From assembly GCF_963921235.1 (NCBI RefSeq), contig NC_086100.1:38254001-38318000 (forward strand): 64,000 nt of DNA. The letters are read 5' to 3'. The stretch is from Mobula hypostoma (lineage: Eukaryota). The position numbers were made by a program, and so were the translations under genes. Below the pieces are notes generated by a model. It made no database searches. It saw only the letters and a program-made list of their open reading frames with translations, and was not told the DNA's origin. Below are positions 36,751 to 49,467 of this stretch, piece after piece; position 1 is the stretch's first letter, and the number at the start of each line of letters is the position of its first letter.

Positions 36751-37266
36751 CTGTCGCGATGAAGCCATACTCAGTTTGGAGAAGCAACACCTTATATTTT
36801 GTCTGGATAACCTCCAACCTGATGGCACAAACGTCAATTTCTTGAACTTCCGGTAATGGCCCCCCTTCACTATTCCCCATTCCCATTTCCCTCTCCCACC
36901 TTATGTCCTTACCTGCCCATCACCTCCCTCTGGTGCTCCTTCCCCTTTTCTTTCTTTCATGGCCTTCTGTCCTCCCCAGTCAGATTCCCCTTTCTCCAGC
37001 CCTGTATCTCTTTCATCAATCAACTTCCCAGCTCTTTACTTCACCCTTACCCTCTCCCCCACCGGGTTTCACCTATCGCCTTGTTTTTCTTCCTCCCCTC
37101 CCCCCACCGTCTAACTCTAACTCCTTATCTTTTTTTTCTATCCAGCCCCGGTGAAGAATCTCTACCTGAAATAACAACATACTCCTTTCCATAGATGCTG
37201 CTTGGCCTCCAGCATTTTGTGTGTATTGCTTGGATTTCCAGCATCTGCAGATTTTCTCTTGTTTGT
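36751..37266 (+). mobile_element. Neptune-type PLE 3' end with tail, nested in CR1
   Basis: DEAILSLEKQHLIFCLDNLQPDG..NFR, eroded hammerhead at ~37143-37180, tail ttgcttggatttccagcatctgcagattttctcttgtttg; ac.gactct on both flanks. Confidence 0.82.
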
Positions 37267-39865
37267 GACGGACTCTCTTTCGTCTATTTGGTTTGTTATT
37301 TCCTCAAAAATTTGCAACAGATTTGTCAGGCAAGATATTCCCTTAAGGAAACTATGTTGACTTTGACCTATTTTATCATGTACTTCCCAGTACCCCATGG
37401 CCTCAACCTGAGTAGTGGACTATAAGATCTTATCAACAATTAGAAGTCAGCCTAACTGACCTGCAATTTCTTATCTTTTATCCCTCTCCTTTCTTTAAGA
37501 GTAGAGTAACATTAGTGATATTCCAATACTTTGGAACTATTCTAGACTCTAGCAATTCTGGAAATATCACTATTAATGCCTCCACGATCTCTTCAGTTTC
37601 CTCTTTTAGAACTCTGGGTTGTAGTCTGTACAGGTGACTTATCCATTTGGAACCTTTCATCTGCCAAGCACCTCCTTAGTAACAGTGAATACATGCACTT
37701 CCACCCCTGGATCTTTCAAATTTTTGGCAAGTTGCTAGTGTCTTCTGATGCAAAATACTTATTCAGTTCATCTGCCATTTCTTTGTTCCACCATTACTAT
37801 TCTCCAGTGTCATTGTCCAGTGATCTAATGTCCACACCTGTCTCTCTTTTATTCTTTATATATCTGTAAAAAAGCTTATCATATATTCTTTTATATTATT
37901 AGTTATCGCACCTTCATATTTTTTCTTTTCTCCTGTTGTTGTATTTTAAGTTGCATTCAGGTGGATTTTAAAAGTGTTCCAATCTTCTGGCTTCCTGCTA
38001 TTTTTTTTGCAATATTGTATGTTTTGTTTTTATGCTGTCATTGACTTCCCTTGTTATCCACAGTGTCCTCATTCTCCCGTTAGAATGTGATGAAAAGATC
38101 CTGCATCTTGCAGATTTAACTACACACATCTCTAAATAACAGTCTTATTGGCATTTGCAAATTACTTCTCTTGAGAGTATCATTCTGATCTTATCAGTCT
38201 ACCTTGCATATTGAAGTCATCCATGATCATCTAAGGTTGCCACTCTTACATGTTTTTTCTATCTCCTTTTGTAATTTGTATCCCATATCCTGACCTGTAT
38301 ACAACTCCTATCATGGTCCTTTTATCCTTACAGTTCCTTAATTTTGCCCGCAAGGATTCTAAATATTCTGATGCAAAATCACTTCTTGATAAGGATTTAT
38401 TTTTGATTTTTCCCCCAGAGCCTCCCCATCCCTTCTGCCCACCTACCTGTCTTTTTGATAGGATATGTATCCTTGGATGGTTTGGTCCAGCTGCGATCCT
38501 GTTTCAGTCACAACACCATATCAAACTGTACCTTTTTGTATACTTCATGCATTCAAATATAACACCTTCAGTTCTCTATTCACCATCCCCTAATGTTTAA
38601 TTTAAAGTCCTATCCACAGACCTAACACCAGGACCTGTTCTTAACTTTGTCCAAGTGGTCTCCATCCCATTAGAACAGCTCTCTCCTTCCCTGATACTGG
38701 TACCAATTCTCACAAATTCAAACTCATTTCTCCCACACCAATCTTTAAGCTGCACAATTAACTCTATAATCTTATTGCCTCTGTGCCAATTTGCTTATAG
38801 TAAATTATTACCTTTTTGCTTTTTAATTTAGTTTCTTGCTGCTCATATTCCCTCAGCGGAAGCTCTTTCCTTGTTCTGCCTGTTAAATTGGTACCCTCGT
38901 GGACCATGACAACGAGAACTTTCCCCTCCTACTTTGAGTTCTTCTGCAGGTCAGATGAGATATCCTGAACCCATGCACCAGATAGAAAACTTTAGGAACC
39001 TCAATCCTTGCAACAGAGAATTGTGACTGACTATGCTATCCCCAATTACAACTACATTTTTCTACTCTTCCACCCTCTTTAAGCTCCCTGAACCACAATG
39101 CCACCGTTAGATTGCACATCCTACCTACTCCCCTCACTTTTGTTCACATAGGGAGCAAGAATTAAGCACAATAGACAAGCTCAAGGCTTGAGACTCCTCC
39201 AGCACTACCACTTGATTTCCCCCCTACCTGCTTCATTCACAGTCACATCATCTTGTCCCTGTCTATAGTTAGAATCAGAAGCAGTTAATCTAATGATGTT
39301 ACTGCCTACTGAAACTCAGCATCCAGGTAATGACCCCCTCCCTGATGCATCATAATGTTTGAAGCTCAGACACTAGATCATCAGTTTTAAGCCTGAGTTC
39401 CTCGAGCAACCAACACTTGCTGTAGATATGGTCACCAGGAACGACAGTGGGGTCCACCAGCTTAAACATCATACTGCTTCACCTTATCCTGCAAACCTAC
39501 TTTATTTAATAGAGTTGAAATTTGCTACCTTTTTATTTAATTACTATGTTGTCAGAATCTTCATTTAAGAATGTGTGGAAGTCAGCCAGGTAGAACAGTG
39601 AGGAGAGTTTAAAAGAGAGAAGGTTTAAAAGGAGACGGTTATTTCTTCAGCGGTTTGATCGAGGCACGACTGCGCAAGTGCATGGACGTCAGCCAGTGAG
39701 AACAGCGAGAAGAGTTTAAAAAGAAGGCAGCTATATAGAGCGGGCATCAGAGGAGCAGGTGACAGAGTAGAGGTAGACAGAGTAGGAAGGCTTTGGCTCA
39801 ATGGGACTTTGGCAATAACGGGTTGAGGCGAGGTAGGTTAACTGTGTAGAAAACAGACAGGAAGT

Positions 39866-40769
39866 ATGTGTGTGAGGCCAGTGTTCTGTGCTCGGTGTCA
39901 GATGTGGAAAGTCCGGGAGAATCCCGGTCTCCCAGATGGCCACATCTGCTCCAGGTGCGTTGAGCTGGAGCTCCTTAGGGACCGGGTTAGGGAACTGGAG
40001 ATGCAGCTCTATGACCTTCGTCTGCTCAGGGAAAGTGAGGATGTGATAGAGAGGAGTGAAAGGCAGGTAGGCACACCGGGGCCTCGGGAGACAGATAACT
40101 GGGTAACAGTCAGGAGAGGGAAGGGCAAGAGGCAGATACTAGAGAGTACCCCAGTGGCTGTCCACCTTAACAGTAAGTACACCTGTTTGAGTACTGTTGG
40201 GGGAGATGGTCTACCTGGGGGAAGCAACAGTGGCTGCACCTCTGGCACAGAGTCTGGCCCTGTGGCTCAGAAGGGTAGGGAATGGAAGAGGATGGCAGCA
40301 GTGATAGGTGACTCTATAGTTATGGAGTCAGAAAGGTGATTCTGTAGATGCAGGAAAGAAACATGGATGATAGTTTGCCTCCCAGGTGCCAGGGTCCAGG
40401 AAGTTTCTGATCACGTCCACAACATCCTGAAGTGGGAAGGAGAACAGCCAGAAGTTGTGGTACACATTGGTCCTAAAAGCAGACTACAGGGAGTTAGGAA
40501 GGAAGTTGAAAAGCAGGTCCACAAAGGTAGTAATCTTGAGATTACTGCCTATGCCACGTGACAGTGAGTATAGGAATAGAATGAGGTGGAGGATAAATGC
40601 GTGGCTGAGGGATTGGAGCAGAGGGCAGGGATTCAGATTTCTGGATCACTGGGCCCTCTTTTGGGGCAAGAGTGACCTGCACAAAAAGGATGGGTTGCAC
40701 TTAAATCCCAAGGGGACTAATATCCTGGTGGGGAGATTTGCAAAGGCTATTGGGGAGAGTTTAAACTAG
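39866..40769 (+). pseudogene. CR1 ORF1 remnant (CxxC..CxxC finger, coiled coil, SGNH/GDSL esterase)
   Basis: CARCQMW..ICSRC, VIGDSIV, CLPGARV, VVVHIG, DGLHLN; broken by a stop and a deletion. Confidence 0.87.
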
Positions 40770-40785
40770 AATTGCTGGAGGTGGG

Positions 40786-40807
40786 AACTGAACTGAACTG
40801 AACTGAA
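40786..40807 (+). repeat. (AACTG)n microsatellite
   Basis: aactgaactgaactgaactgaa. Confidence 0.85.
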
Positions 40808-43144
40808 GTGACGAAGGAAGAGGCGGTTGGTTCACAAATACAGAAAGCTTGGAAACAGTGCAAGAGGGAGAATAGGCAGGTGATAGAGAAGGGATGCGCT
40901 CAGACCAATGGTTTGAGATGTGTCTATTTAATGCAAGGAGTACTATGAAGAAAGCGGATGAGCTTAAAATGTGGATCAGTACTTGGAGCTATGATGTTGT
41001 GACCATTACAGAGAGTTGGATGGCTCGGGCAGGAATGGTTACTTTGAGTGCCAGGCTTTGGATGTTTCAGAAAGGACAAGGAGGGAGGCAAAAGAGGTGG
41101 AAGCGTGGTACTGTTGATCCTGTCACGGCTACAGAAAAGGAGGAAGTTATGGAGGGATTGTCTATGGAGTCTCTGTGGGTGGAAGTTAGGAACAGGAAGG
41201 GGTCAATAACTCCACTGAGTGTTTTTATAGACCACCCAATAGTAACAGGGACATCGAGGAGCAGATAGGGAGACAGATTCTGGGAAGGTGTAATAATAAC
41301 GGGGTTGTTGTGGTGGGAGATTTTAATTTCCCAAATATTGATTGGCATCTCCCTAGAGCAAGGGGTTTAGATGGGGTGGAGTTTTTTAGATGTGTTCAGG
41401 AAGGTTTCTTGACACAAAATGTAGATAAGCCTACAAGATGAGAGGCTGTACTTGATCTGGTATTGGGAAATGAACCTGGTCAGGTGTCAGGTCTCTCAGT
41501 GAGAGAGCATTTTGGAGATAGTGATCACAATTCTATCTCCTTTACCATAGATTGGAGAGGGATAGAAACAGACAAGTTAGGAAAATGTTTAATTGGAGTA
41601 AGGGGAAATAAGAGACTGTCAGGCAGGAACTTGGAAGCATAAATTGGAAACAGATGTTCTCAGGGAAACGTACAGAAAAAATGTGGCAAATGTTCAGGGA
41701 GTATTTGTGTGGGGTTCTGCACAGGTATGTTCCAATGAGACAGGGAAGGGATGGTAGGGTACAGGAACCATGGTGTACAAAGGTTGTTGTAAATCTAGTC
41801 AAGAAGAAAAGAAGAGCTTACGAAAGGTTCTAAAAACCAAGTAATGATAGAGATCTAGAAAGTTATAGGGCCAGCAGGAAAGAGCTTAAGAATGAAATTA
41901 GGAGAGCCAGAAGGGGCCATGAGAAGGCCTTGGCAGACAGGATTAAGAAAAACCCCAAGGCATTCTACAAGTATGTGAAGTGCAAGAGGGAATAGGACCA
42001 TGAGAGGATAAGACATGAGAGAATAGGACCAATCAAGTGTGACAGTGGAAAAGTGTGTATGGAACTGGAGGAGATAGCAGAGGTACTTAATGAGTATTTT
42101 GCTTCAGTATTCACTACAGAAAAGGATCTTGGCGATTGTAGGGATGACTTACAGCGGACTGAAAAGCTTGAGCTGTAGATATTAAGGAAGAGGATGTACT
42201 GGAGCTTTAGGAAAGCATCAAGTTGGATAAGTCAGCGGGACTGGATAAGATGTACTCCAGGCTACTGTGGGAGGTGAGGGAGGAGATTGTTGAGCCTCTG
42301 GTGATGATCTTTGCTTCATCAATGGGGACGGGAGAGTTTCTGGAGGATTGGAGGGTTGCGGATGTTGTTCCCTTATTCAAGAAAGGGAGTAGAGATAGCC
42401 CAGGAAATTATAGACCAGTGAGACTTACTTCAGTGGTTGGTAAGTTGATTGAGAAGATCCTGCGAGGCAGGATTTATGAACATTTGGAGAGGCATAATAT
42501 GATTAGGAATAGTCAGCATTGCTTTGACAAAGGCAGGTTGTGCCTTACAAGCTTGACTGAATTTTTTGAGGATGTGACTAAACATATTGATGAAGGTAGA
42601 GCAGTAGATGTAGTGTATATGGATTTCAGCAAGGCATTTGATAAGGTACCCCATGCAAGGCTTATTGAGAAAGTAAGGAGACATGGGATCCAAGGGGACC
42701 TTGTTTTGTGGATCCAGAAGTGGCTTGCCCACAAGAGGCAAAAGAGTGGTTGTAGATGGGTCATATTCTGCATGGAGGTCGGTGACCAGTGGTGTGCCTC
42801 AGGGATCTGTTCTGGGACCCCTACTCTTTGTGATTTTTATAAATGACCTGGATGAGGAAGTGGAGGGATGGATTAGTAAATTTGCTGATGACACAAAGAC
42901 TGGGGGTGTTGTGGATAGTGTGGAGGGCTGTCAGAGGTACAGCGGGACATTGATAGGAAGCAAAACTGGGCTGAGAAGTGGCAGATAGAGTTCCACCCAG
43001 GTAAGTGTGAGGTGGTTCATTTTGGTAGGTCAAATATGCTGGCAGAATATAGTATTAATGTTAAAACTCTTGGCAGCGTGGAGGATCAGTGGGATCTTGC
43101 GGTCCGAGTCCATCAGACACTCAAAGCTGCTGCACAGTTTGATT

Positions 43145-43285
43145 TTTAAACGCAAACAACAGGAATTCTGCAGATGCTGGAAATTCAAGCATCGAGACCC
43201 TTGGTCTCGGCCTGAAACGTCGACTTTACCTCTTCCCAGAGATGTTGCCTGGCCTGCTGCGTTCACCAGCAACTTTGATGTGTGT
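43145..43285. mobile_element. 141 bp PLE insertion: tail + inverted tail-less pLTR piece, inside CR1
   Basis: Tail ..attctgcagatgctggaaattcaagca, then ggtctcggcctgaaacgtcgact..gatgtgtgt. TSD tgcacagtttgatt (43131-43144) / tgcacaggttgatt (43286-43299). Confidence 0.9.
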
Positions 43286-44905
43286 TGCACAGGTTGATTC
43301 TGTGGTTAAGAAGGCCTGTGGTACATTGGCCTTCATCAATCGTGGGATTGAGTTTTAGAGCCGCGAAGTATGTTACAGTTATATAGGACCCTGGTCAGAA
43401 CCCACTTGGAGTACTGTGCTCAGTTCTGGTCGACTCACTACAGGAAAGATGTGGAAAACATAGAAAGGGTGCCGAGGAGATTTACAAGGATGTTGCCTGG
43501 TCTGGGGAGTATGCCTTATCAGAATAGGTTGAGTGAACTTAGCCTTTTCTCCTTCATGTGATGGAGAATGAGAGGTGACCTGATAGAGGTGTACAAGATG
43601 ACGAGAGGCATTGTTCGTGTGGATAGTCAGAGACTTTTTCCCAGGGCTGAAATGGCTAGCATGAGAGGGCACAGTTTTAAGGTGCTTGGAAGTAGGTACA
43701 GAGGAGATGTTAGGGGTAAGTTTTTTACGCAGAGGGTGGTGAGAGCGTGGAATGAGCTGCTGGCAACGGTGGTGGAGGCGAATACAATAGGGTCTTTTAA
43801 GAGACCCCTGGATAGGTACATGGAGCTTAGAAAAATAGAGGGCTATGGGTAACCCTAGGAAATTTCCAAGGTAAGGACCTGTTCAGCACAGCTTTGTGGG
43901 CCGAAGGGCCTGTATTGTGCTGTAGGTTTTCTATGTTTCTATGTTAAGTCTCAACTACAAGCCTACTGAGCAATTAGACTATCGGAGTAAAGTGGAGAGG
44001 TTAAGGGTCTTGGCTGGTCCTCAGCAAAGCCTCCTGAGCCAAAACCTCAAAGTCTCACTCTTACATTGGGCCACTCCTACAATAGCTTCAAATATAAGAC
44101 AATGAATTTAATGAGTGTTTGGGCAGGTGAGCTGAGGCAAAGGCTTAGTCGAGCCTGGATATAAAGAGGCAAAATTTGGCTGTGTGTGTATATATAAAAT
44201 AGAAATAGTGATGAATAATGCTCGTAATGTAGCTGCACTTTCTCCCTTGCTTTCTCTCTTGCAACACTATTGAAATAAATGCTCAGTACCACAGCAGTAG
44301 TGGGAGAAAAGGCTTAGACTAGCAATCAAGTATGATCACAGGGTAGAAATGTGCCTAGGTTAGTTTGGTGGGGAGTGGAGGATTGCAATTAAGGGCTAAT
44401 ATGGCTGGTCAATTGCCCTGTTGATCGAGGGTTGATTGATGGAGCCTATTGGTAGGGGAATGGTGGGGGTGCAATGGTAGTGAAGCAAGGTTTTGTTACT
44501 GAAGTGGTCAGTATCAGGGTGAAGAGGTGTATAGATAAAATGCATGTATGAAAATTAGCTCGGTGGGTTTCTTGTCAAATGCTACACTTGGACGTCTTAA
44601 TTATCCAAGGAAGCGTGCTTTCAGGACAAGAATGGCTTAATTTCCATTTTAGTGCTCCAGAAAAAGAGTTGCACAAGTAATGATAGTTGATGCACACCTA
44701 ATGTTGAAAACGCAGTAGATTCACAAGCATAGCTCATACCTAGTAGAATTTCCAAAGCACCACAAAATAACCCAGAAATTGCTGTTATCATGCTTCACTC
44801 TATGTAAGTACATTTTCAATCAAATAATGCTAATAAAAGCTGCTCTGTATTATCGAATTTCTAGGCAATAATCTTTTGAAGTTTGGAATGAAAAAAAGAT
44901 CTAAT

Positions 44906-44934
44906 GTAAAGGGTTCCAGTAAAGGGTTCCAGTA
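44906..44934 (+). repeat. 13 bp tandem duplication
   Basis: gtaaagggttcca x2 + gta. Confidence 0.85.
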
Positions 44935-47900
44935 TGACTGACAATCTGAAGTGTAAAGATAGATGAAGGAAGAAAGACAGAATGTAGAACATGTTCCATA
45001 TTTTAGATCTCTTTGGTAACTTTAACTCTTGCAATAGAGTTTCTATATGTTTAATCCTAACAACAAATTTTAATAGTTGCCACAGTGTTCTTTAAAATAA
45101 GAACTGTGGGTCATGGATTTACTATTCCTGCTTGTGAAAGTACAAGTAAATTTGAGTTGGCTGACCTTACTTCAGATACCAGTGGGTTCGACTTATTGAG
45201 ATAAATTATATCAGTTTACTACAGCATGCCTCATTATCTGATATCATAATGAATAATACTCATTAAAGCAATAGGAACTGATAGTTGTATGTCAACTAAC
45301 TCGATTTTGAATTTTATTTTATAAAATTAGCAATTTAACCAGTGGTGTACAAGGTCCTTCCACTTTAATTTAGGGCTCTCCAGACCTGATTTTCAGAAGT
45401 TGGGGGCCTATTTTCGAGATGTTTTAGTGGATATTTGCCAACTTTATTAAGAAAAATGAATTTATTTTCATAATCTGGTAATCGTTAATTCTTTCTCTAC
45501 CCCCTTGAGTCTTTGTTTGCTCTACGCAGAAACTACCCTTGCACACAGACTCTAGGTATTCAGTGTCACCAGAAGTACTTCTGTGTAACGTCCTGATTAT
45601 TGGTAAACTGTACACTAGGATTTTGTTTTACATATCGTGATATCTTATAAACAGATGAGTACCATTGGTTACATGAGAAGAAATAACTACTAGACTACAG
45701 ATCAAAACAAAATTGATAATGTTCATGTCCAATGTTTCTGTCTATTCATGTATTTCCTTTACATAGTTGCTGTGGAAACTAGCATTAAAAGATTGTAGAG
45801 ACGTTATTGTTAGTGGTAATTGCCTGTCATATTTTCATTTATAAGTTGAGTACACTCAAACAGTTGCTGTTAGCATTATTTTTCATTGTAAATTTCATCA
45901 TATTTATACATATTTCTTTACAAAAATAACAATGCAGGCATTTCAATGTAAATTAAATACCAATTTGATTATATAAATAATATTTTAACACAACATGTAG
46001 TCTATTTGTATTGATGTAACAATATTGCTTAAAGACTGTTATAAATTTAGGAAATGGATATAGAAGGTCAAGACCTACTGTTTGGAAAGGTGACTATAAA
46101 AATTCACAAAATTAAAAATGATCAGAAAAATCCGGAATATCATTGCACCTTAGGACTGGAAGGTAAATACCCAAGATTTAAATTTGTTGAGAGTAAATTT
46201 GGAGCTGAGTGGAGGAATTGATTGAGGTCGTAGAAGCAAAAATATTCACTATACTAAAATACATCCAAATGCCAAAATGGGAGAAGTATAGATTGACCTT
46301 TGTCCAGATGATTTATTCTTTTCTTATTCTTCACTTCAGTAGGTATGGAGTATGCATCTTCTCTGTATGAATGTCTAGAACAAGTGTCTATCAAGTTTGT
46401 CATTAATATTTTGTTAGCAATTGCCATTTACGTATAAACTGTGGTGATGCAATGAATATTTAGAATTCTGCTTGGGGAGCTCAAGCCATACTGTCAAAAT
46501 AATCTATAATTACATTAAGCAGCATATGAAGTGGTAGGTAGTTACCAGTTCGATATTTTCTGATAATGTTGCAAATTTCCTTTAATTTGATGCAAAAAAT
46601 TCAGCACAAATGGCAGTTTCCTACCTCATATTCATATTGCTCTACAATTGCATTGACAGGTAAAACAAGTAACATAGCACCTTCAAGTATGTATCTGCTG
46701 ATTTTATCTTTGTGTGAATTGAGCCTCTGTATACTGCCAGTAATTCCTGCACTTTTGGTATGAATTTGTAATTTAAACTTGTAATATATTCTGAATATTC
46801 ACGAGTGACTAAATTCCTAGAAGGATCTCCAAACTAAGATTAATGCCTTGCTTATTTTTGTTACCTGAGGTTGTTTTGTTGTTCAGTCCAAATATTCACC
46901 AGACTTTAACTTGTTGCATACGGAGTAAACAATTAATTTATTATCCTCTGTTAAATTTTAACCTATTCTGTGAGGTAAATGAAAATGCCAAAGTGAATAA
47001 GAGCTATGAATCTTGATTTTCACCTGTGCTAAATATTTTCTATCAGCAATTTTATAGAAAGCTGCGACATTATCAGAAGTCTTAACTGCTAACTAGCTAG
47101 CACTTCATATGCTGTCAGTAAGAGCTTGCTTTTATAAATGAGATTTTCCAGGCATTATTTGAAGTGTAACTAATTATTTGGTATGGTAAAAAATCCATTG
47201 AAGTAAATGCTTTAAGTACCTTGGCTAGGCAGAAATTTAATTTTCTGATTCCTGTTTGGCAGAATTGCTCCTTTGACGCTGAATGAAAAGTCTCTAACAG
47301 TAACAGAAATTTGATTTGCAAAGCAAAGGTACAACTCATTATGGAAAGAATGCTAAGGAGTTAAATATTGAAATTTAGGAACACTTTTAAAAAAAATTTT
47401 GATCTCTCCTAGTAAAAGATTTTGGGTTGGTATCAGAATTTGGTTCTGTGATGTAAAGAAGTCTGCCAGGGCAAATAGGCATTTATCATGAAACCACGTG
47501 AATATTTTAATTTCACTTTCTGCACCACAGATATGCAATTGAAAAACTGGTTATGATTTTTTATATATATATTAGACAGATTAAAGAGTGCTCTGCTAAT
47601 TGTGAGATTGGAGGCAAACTATTAGGATGTAATATGTTAAGTTATTCTTGGCTGAAACATATTGTACTCTTAAAAGTAAAAATCTCCTGGGGATTATTTT
47701 AAAGGGTGAAGTTTGTTATATTGAATAGTTTCCTTACCAAATTAAGACTTTTCAGTCTTGGCAAGCTATTAGAAAATGCTGGCAATGGTAGATGTAGGAT
47801 ATAGAGTGATGCTGGATGGGACTCTTACTATTTTTACAATTGTGCTGTGACCATGTATTAATAATTGCACATTGCTGAGTTTTGACCAAAAATTCACAAA

Positions 47901-48591
47901 ACTGTGAAAGTCAAAGGCTTAATATGTTCTATTTGGTTATGCTCCTGTATAGGTCTTGGAATGTTTTGCTGTGTTAAATGTGTTCTGTACAAATAATCTT
48001 TTATTCAAGGAATCGTTGGAATACGGTCCATTTACATTTTAAAGGTTTACATCAAAATTAGGTGCTTCATAATTAATATGTTCATAATATTAATGTGTGA
48101 ATTTAGGGGGGAATAAGTTAGGATATGGATTAACAACCACTGCTTTAAGAAAAACCTTCAGAGTAATGCTTCCTATCTCTTGTTGCAGTTCATAGAAGTA
48201 TTCCATTCTTTTGGATATCATTCATAGAGACACTGTGCTCCATCCAGTTCCTCTCATCCACAGAGTTACTCACTTGTCTAAACTCACTTTGCAGATGTTT
48301 TCAATCTCCTTGTGAATTCAGCTAGTCACTCTTGTTTGACTGTATTCATCACAACCTCTACCCTTCAAAATGGGATTTTTCCTTCTGCCCCAGAATTCTT
48401 CCTGACATTATTTGTTTCCAGCTTCATTTGATGCATTTAGTTTTTCATCTTTATGTGCCATACTATTTCTCTTTTATCCCTTTTATTTGTAGATTAATTG
48501 ATGTCTTTTTTTTATCCCTAGTGCAGAAGGTTGTCAAGAAAATCAGAGTGAAAATGATGAGCATGTTAGAGAGAAAGGACTACAGGGAAGT

Positions 48592-49467
48592 CTGTCTATG
48601 AAGGTTCTCAGTCATCCAGGTAGTAGTAAATCAAGGCAACTGGACTTGTGTTGTCTAGAAGATGTTTTGCCATTCATCTAAGAGGCTTCTTTAGTTCTGA
48701 TCTATGGTGGGTAGTTTTCCGACTTATAAACTCTGAGAGTTGTTGAAAGGTATAGCTATCACATTAAGAGTTGTAGAGGTAATGAGAGGGTTATTAGTCT
48801 TATCTTTGCCTGAATGGAGGTGTGAACTGTTCTGCAGGTGACTTGGTAGAGGTGTCTCTCAGACAGAAACTCGTCCACCCCAGGGATCCTACGCCAAAAC
48901 ATAAATAGAGCAATATTGTATATGCTATCCAATGCAATGAGAACTGCACAGATCTGTATATTGGTAAGACAAAACAACCCCTTCACAAACAGACGGCCCA
49001 ACATAAGAGGGCTAGCACCTCAGATCAAGACTCAGCTGTATATTTACACCTAATGGAAAAGGGACACTCTTTTGATGATAACAATGTGCACATTTTGGAC
49101 AGGGAGGACAGGTGGTTTGACAGAGGGGGTTAAAGAAGTCATCTTTGTCAAACTAGAAAACCTATCCCTGAACAGAAGGAGTGGGGTATGACACCACCTG
49201 TCAGCTACTAACAATGCAGTCTTAATATCTCTACCCTGGCGTCTCCACAACAGTTCACACCTACATTCATGCAAAGATAAGACTAATAACCCTCTTATTA
49301 CCTTTACAACTTTTAATGACCCTCATGTGATTGCTGTACCTTTTGAACAACTCACAGAGTTTTTAAGCCGTAAAACTACCCACCATGAAAAAGCCATTTG
49401 GATGAGTGGTGAAATGGCTTCTGGACAACACAGCAAGTCCAATCGACTTGATATAGTACTGCTTGAT
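48592..49467 (+). mobile_element. Poseidon-type Penelope-like element with inverted pLTR arms
   Basis: Plus strand QKLVHPRDPTPKHK*SNIVYAIQCNENCTDLYIGKTKQPLHK..DSAVYLHL..VHILDREDRWFDRG/VKE. 48592-48832 is inverted relative to ~49249-49467. TSD actacagggaag (48579-48590) / actatagggaaa (49468-49479). Confidence 0.87.

Larger units (their letters stand above)
35716..39480 (-). mobile_element. Old near full-length CR1 with deletions; its 5'UTR probably continues at 43946-44130
   Basis: KIGQSQHSFLKGISCLTNLL, LQPRVLKE..IVEAL, 3' end near 35716, ORF1-like remnants at 38600-39480. Confidence 0.78.
39568..43943 (+). mobile_element. Full-length CR1 LINE (5'UTR, ORF1, ORF2, 3' tail), inactivated
   Basis: ORF1 zinc-finger + esterase; ORF2 EN (LFNARS, ITESW, VGDFNFP, GDSDH) and RT ([34 protein letters not shown]); tail tttctatgtttctatg. 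Confidence 0.93.

Noticed and set aside
45530-45602. Candidate small exon with one open frame (KLPLHTDSRYSVSPEVLLCNVLII)
   Set aside because: No recognisable protein, and splice-like motifs of this quality occur by chance.
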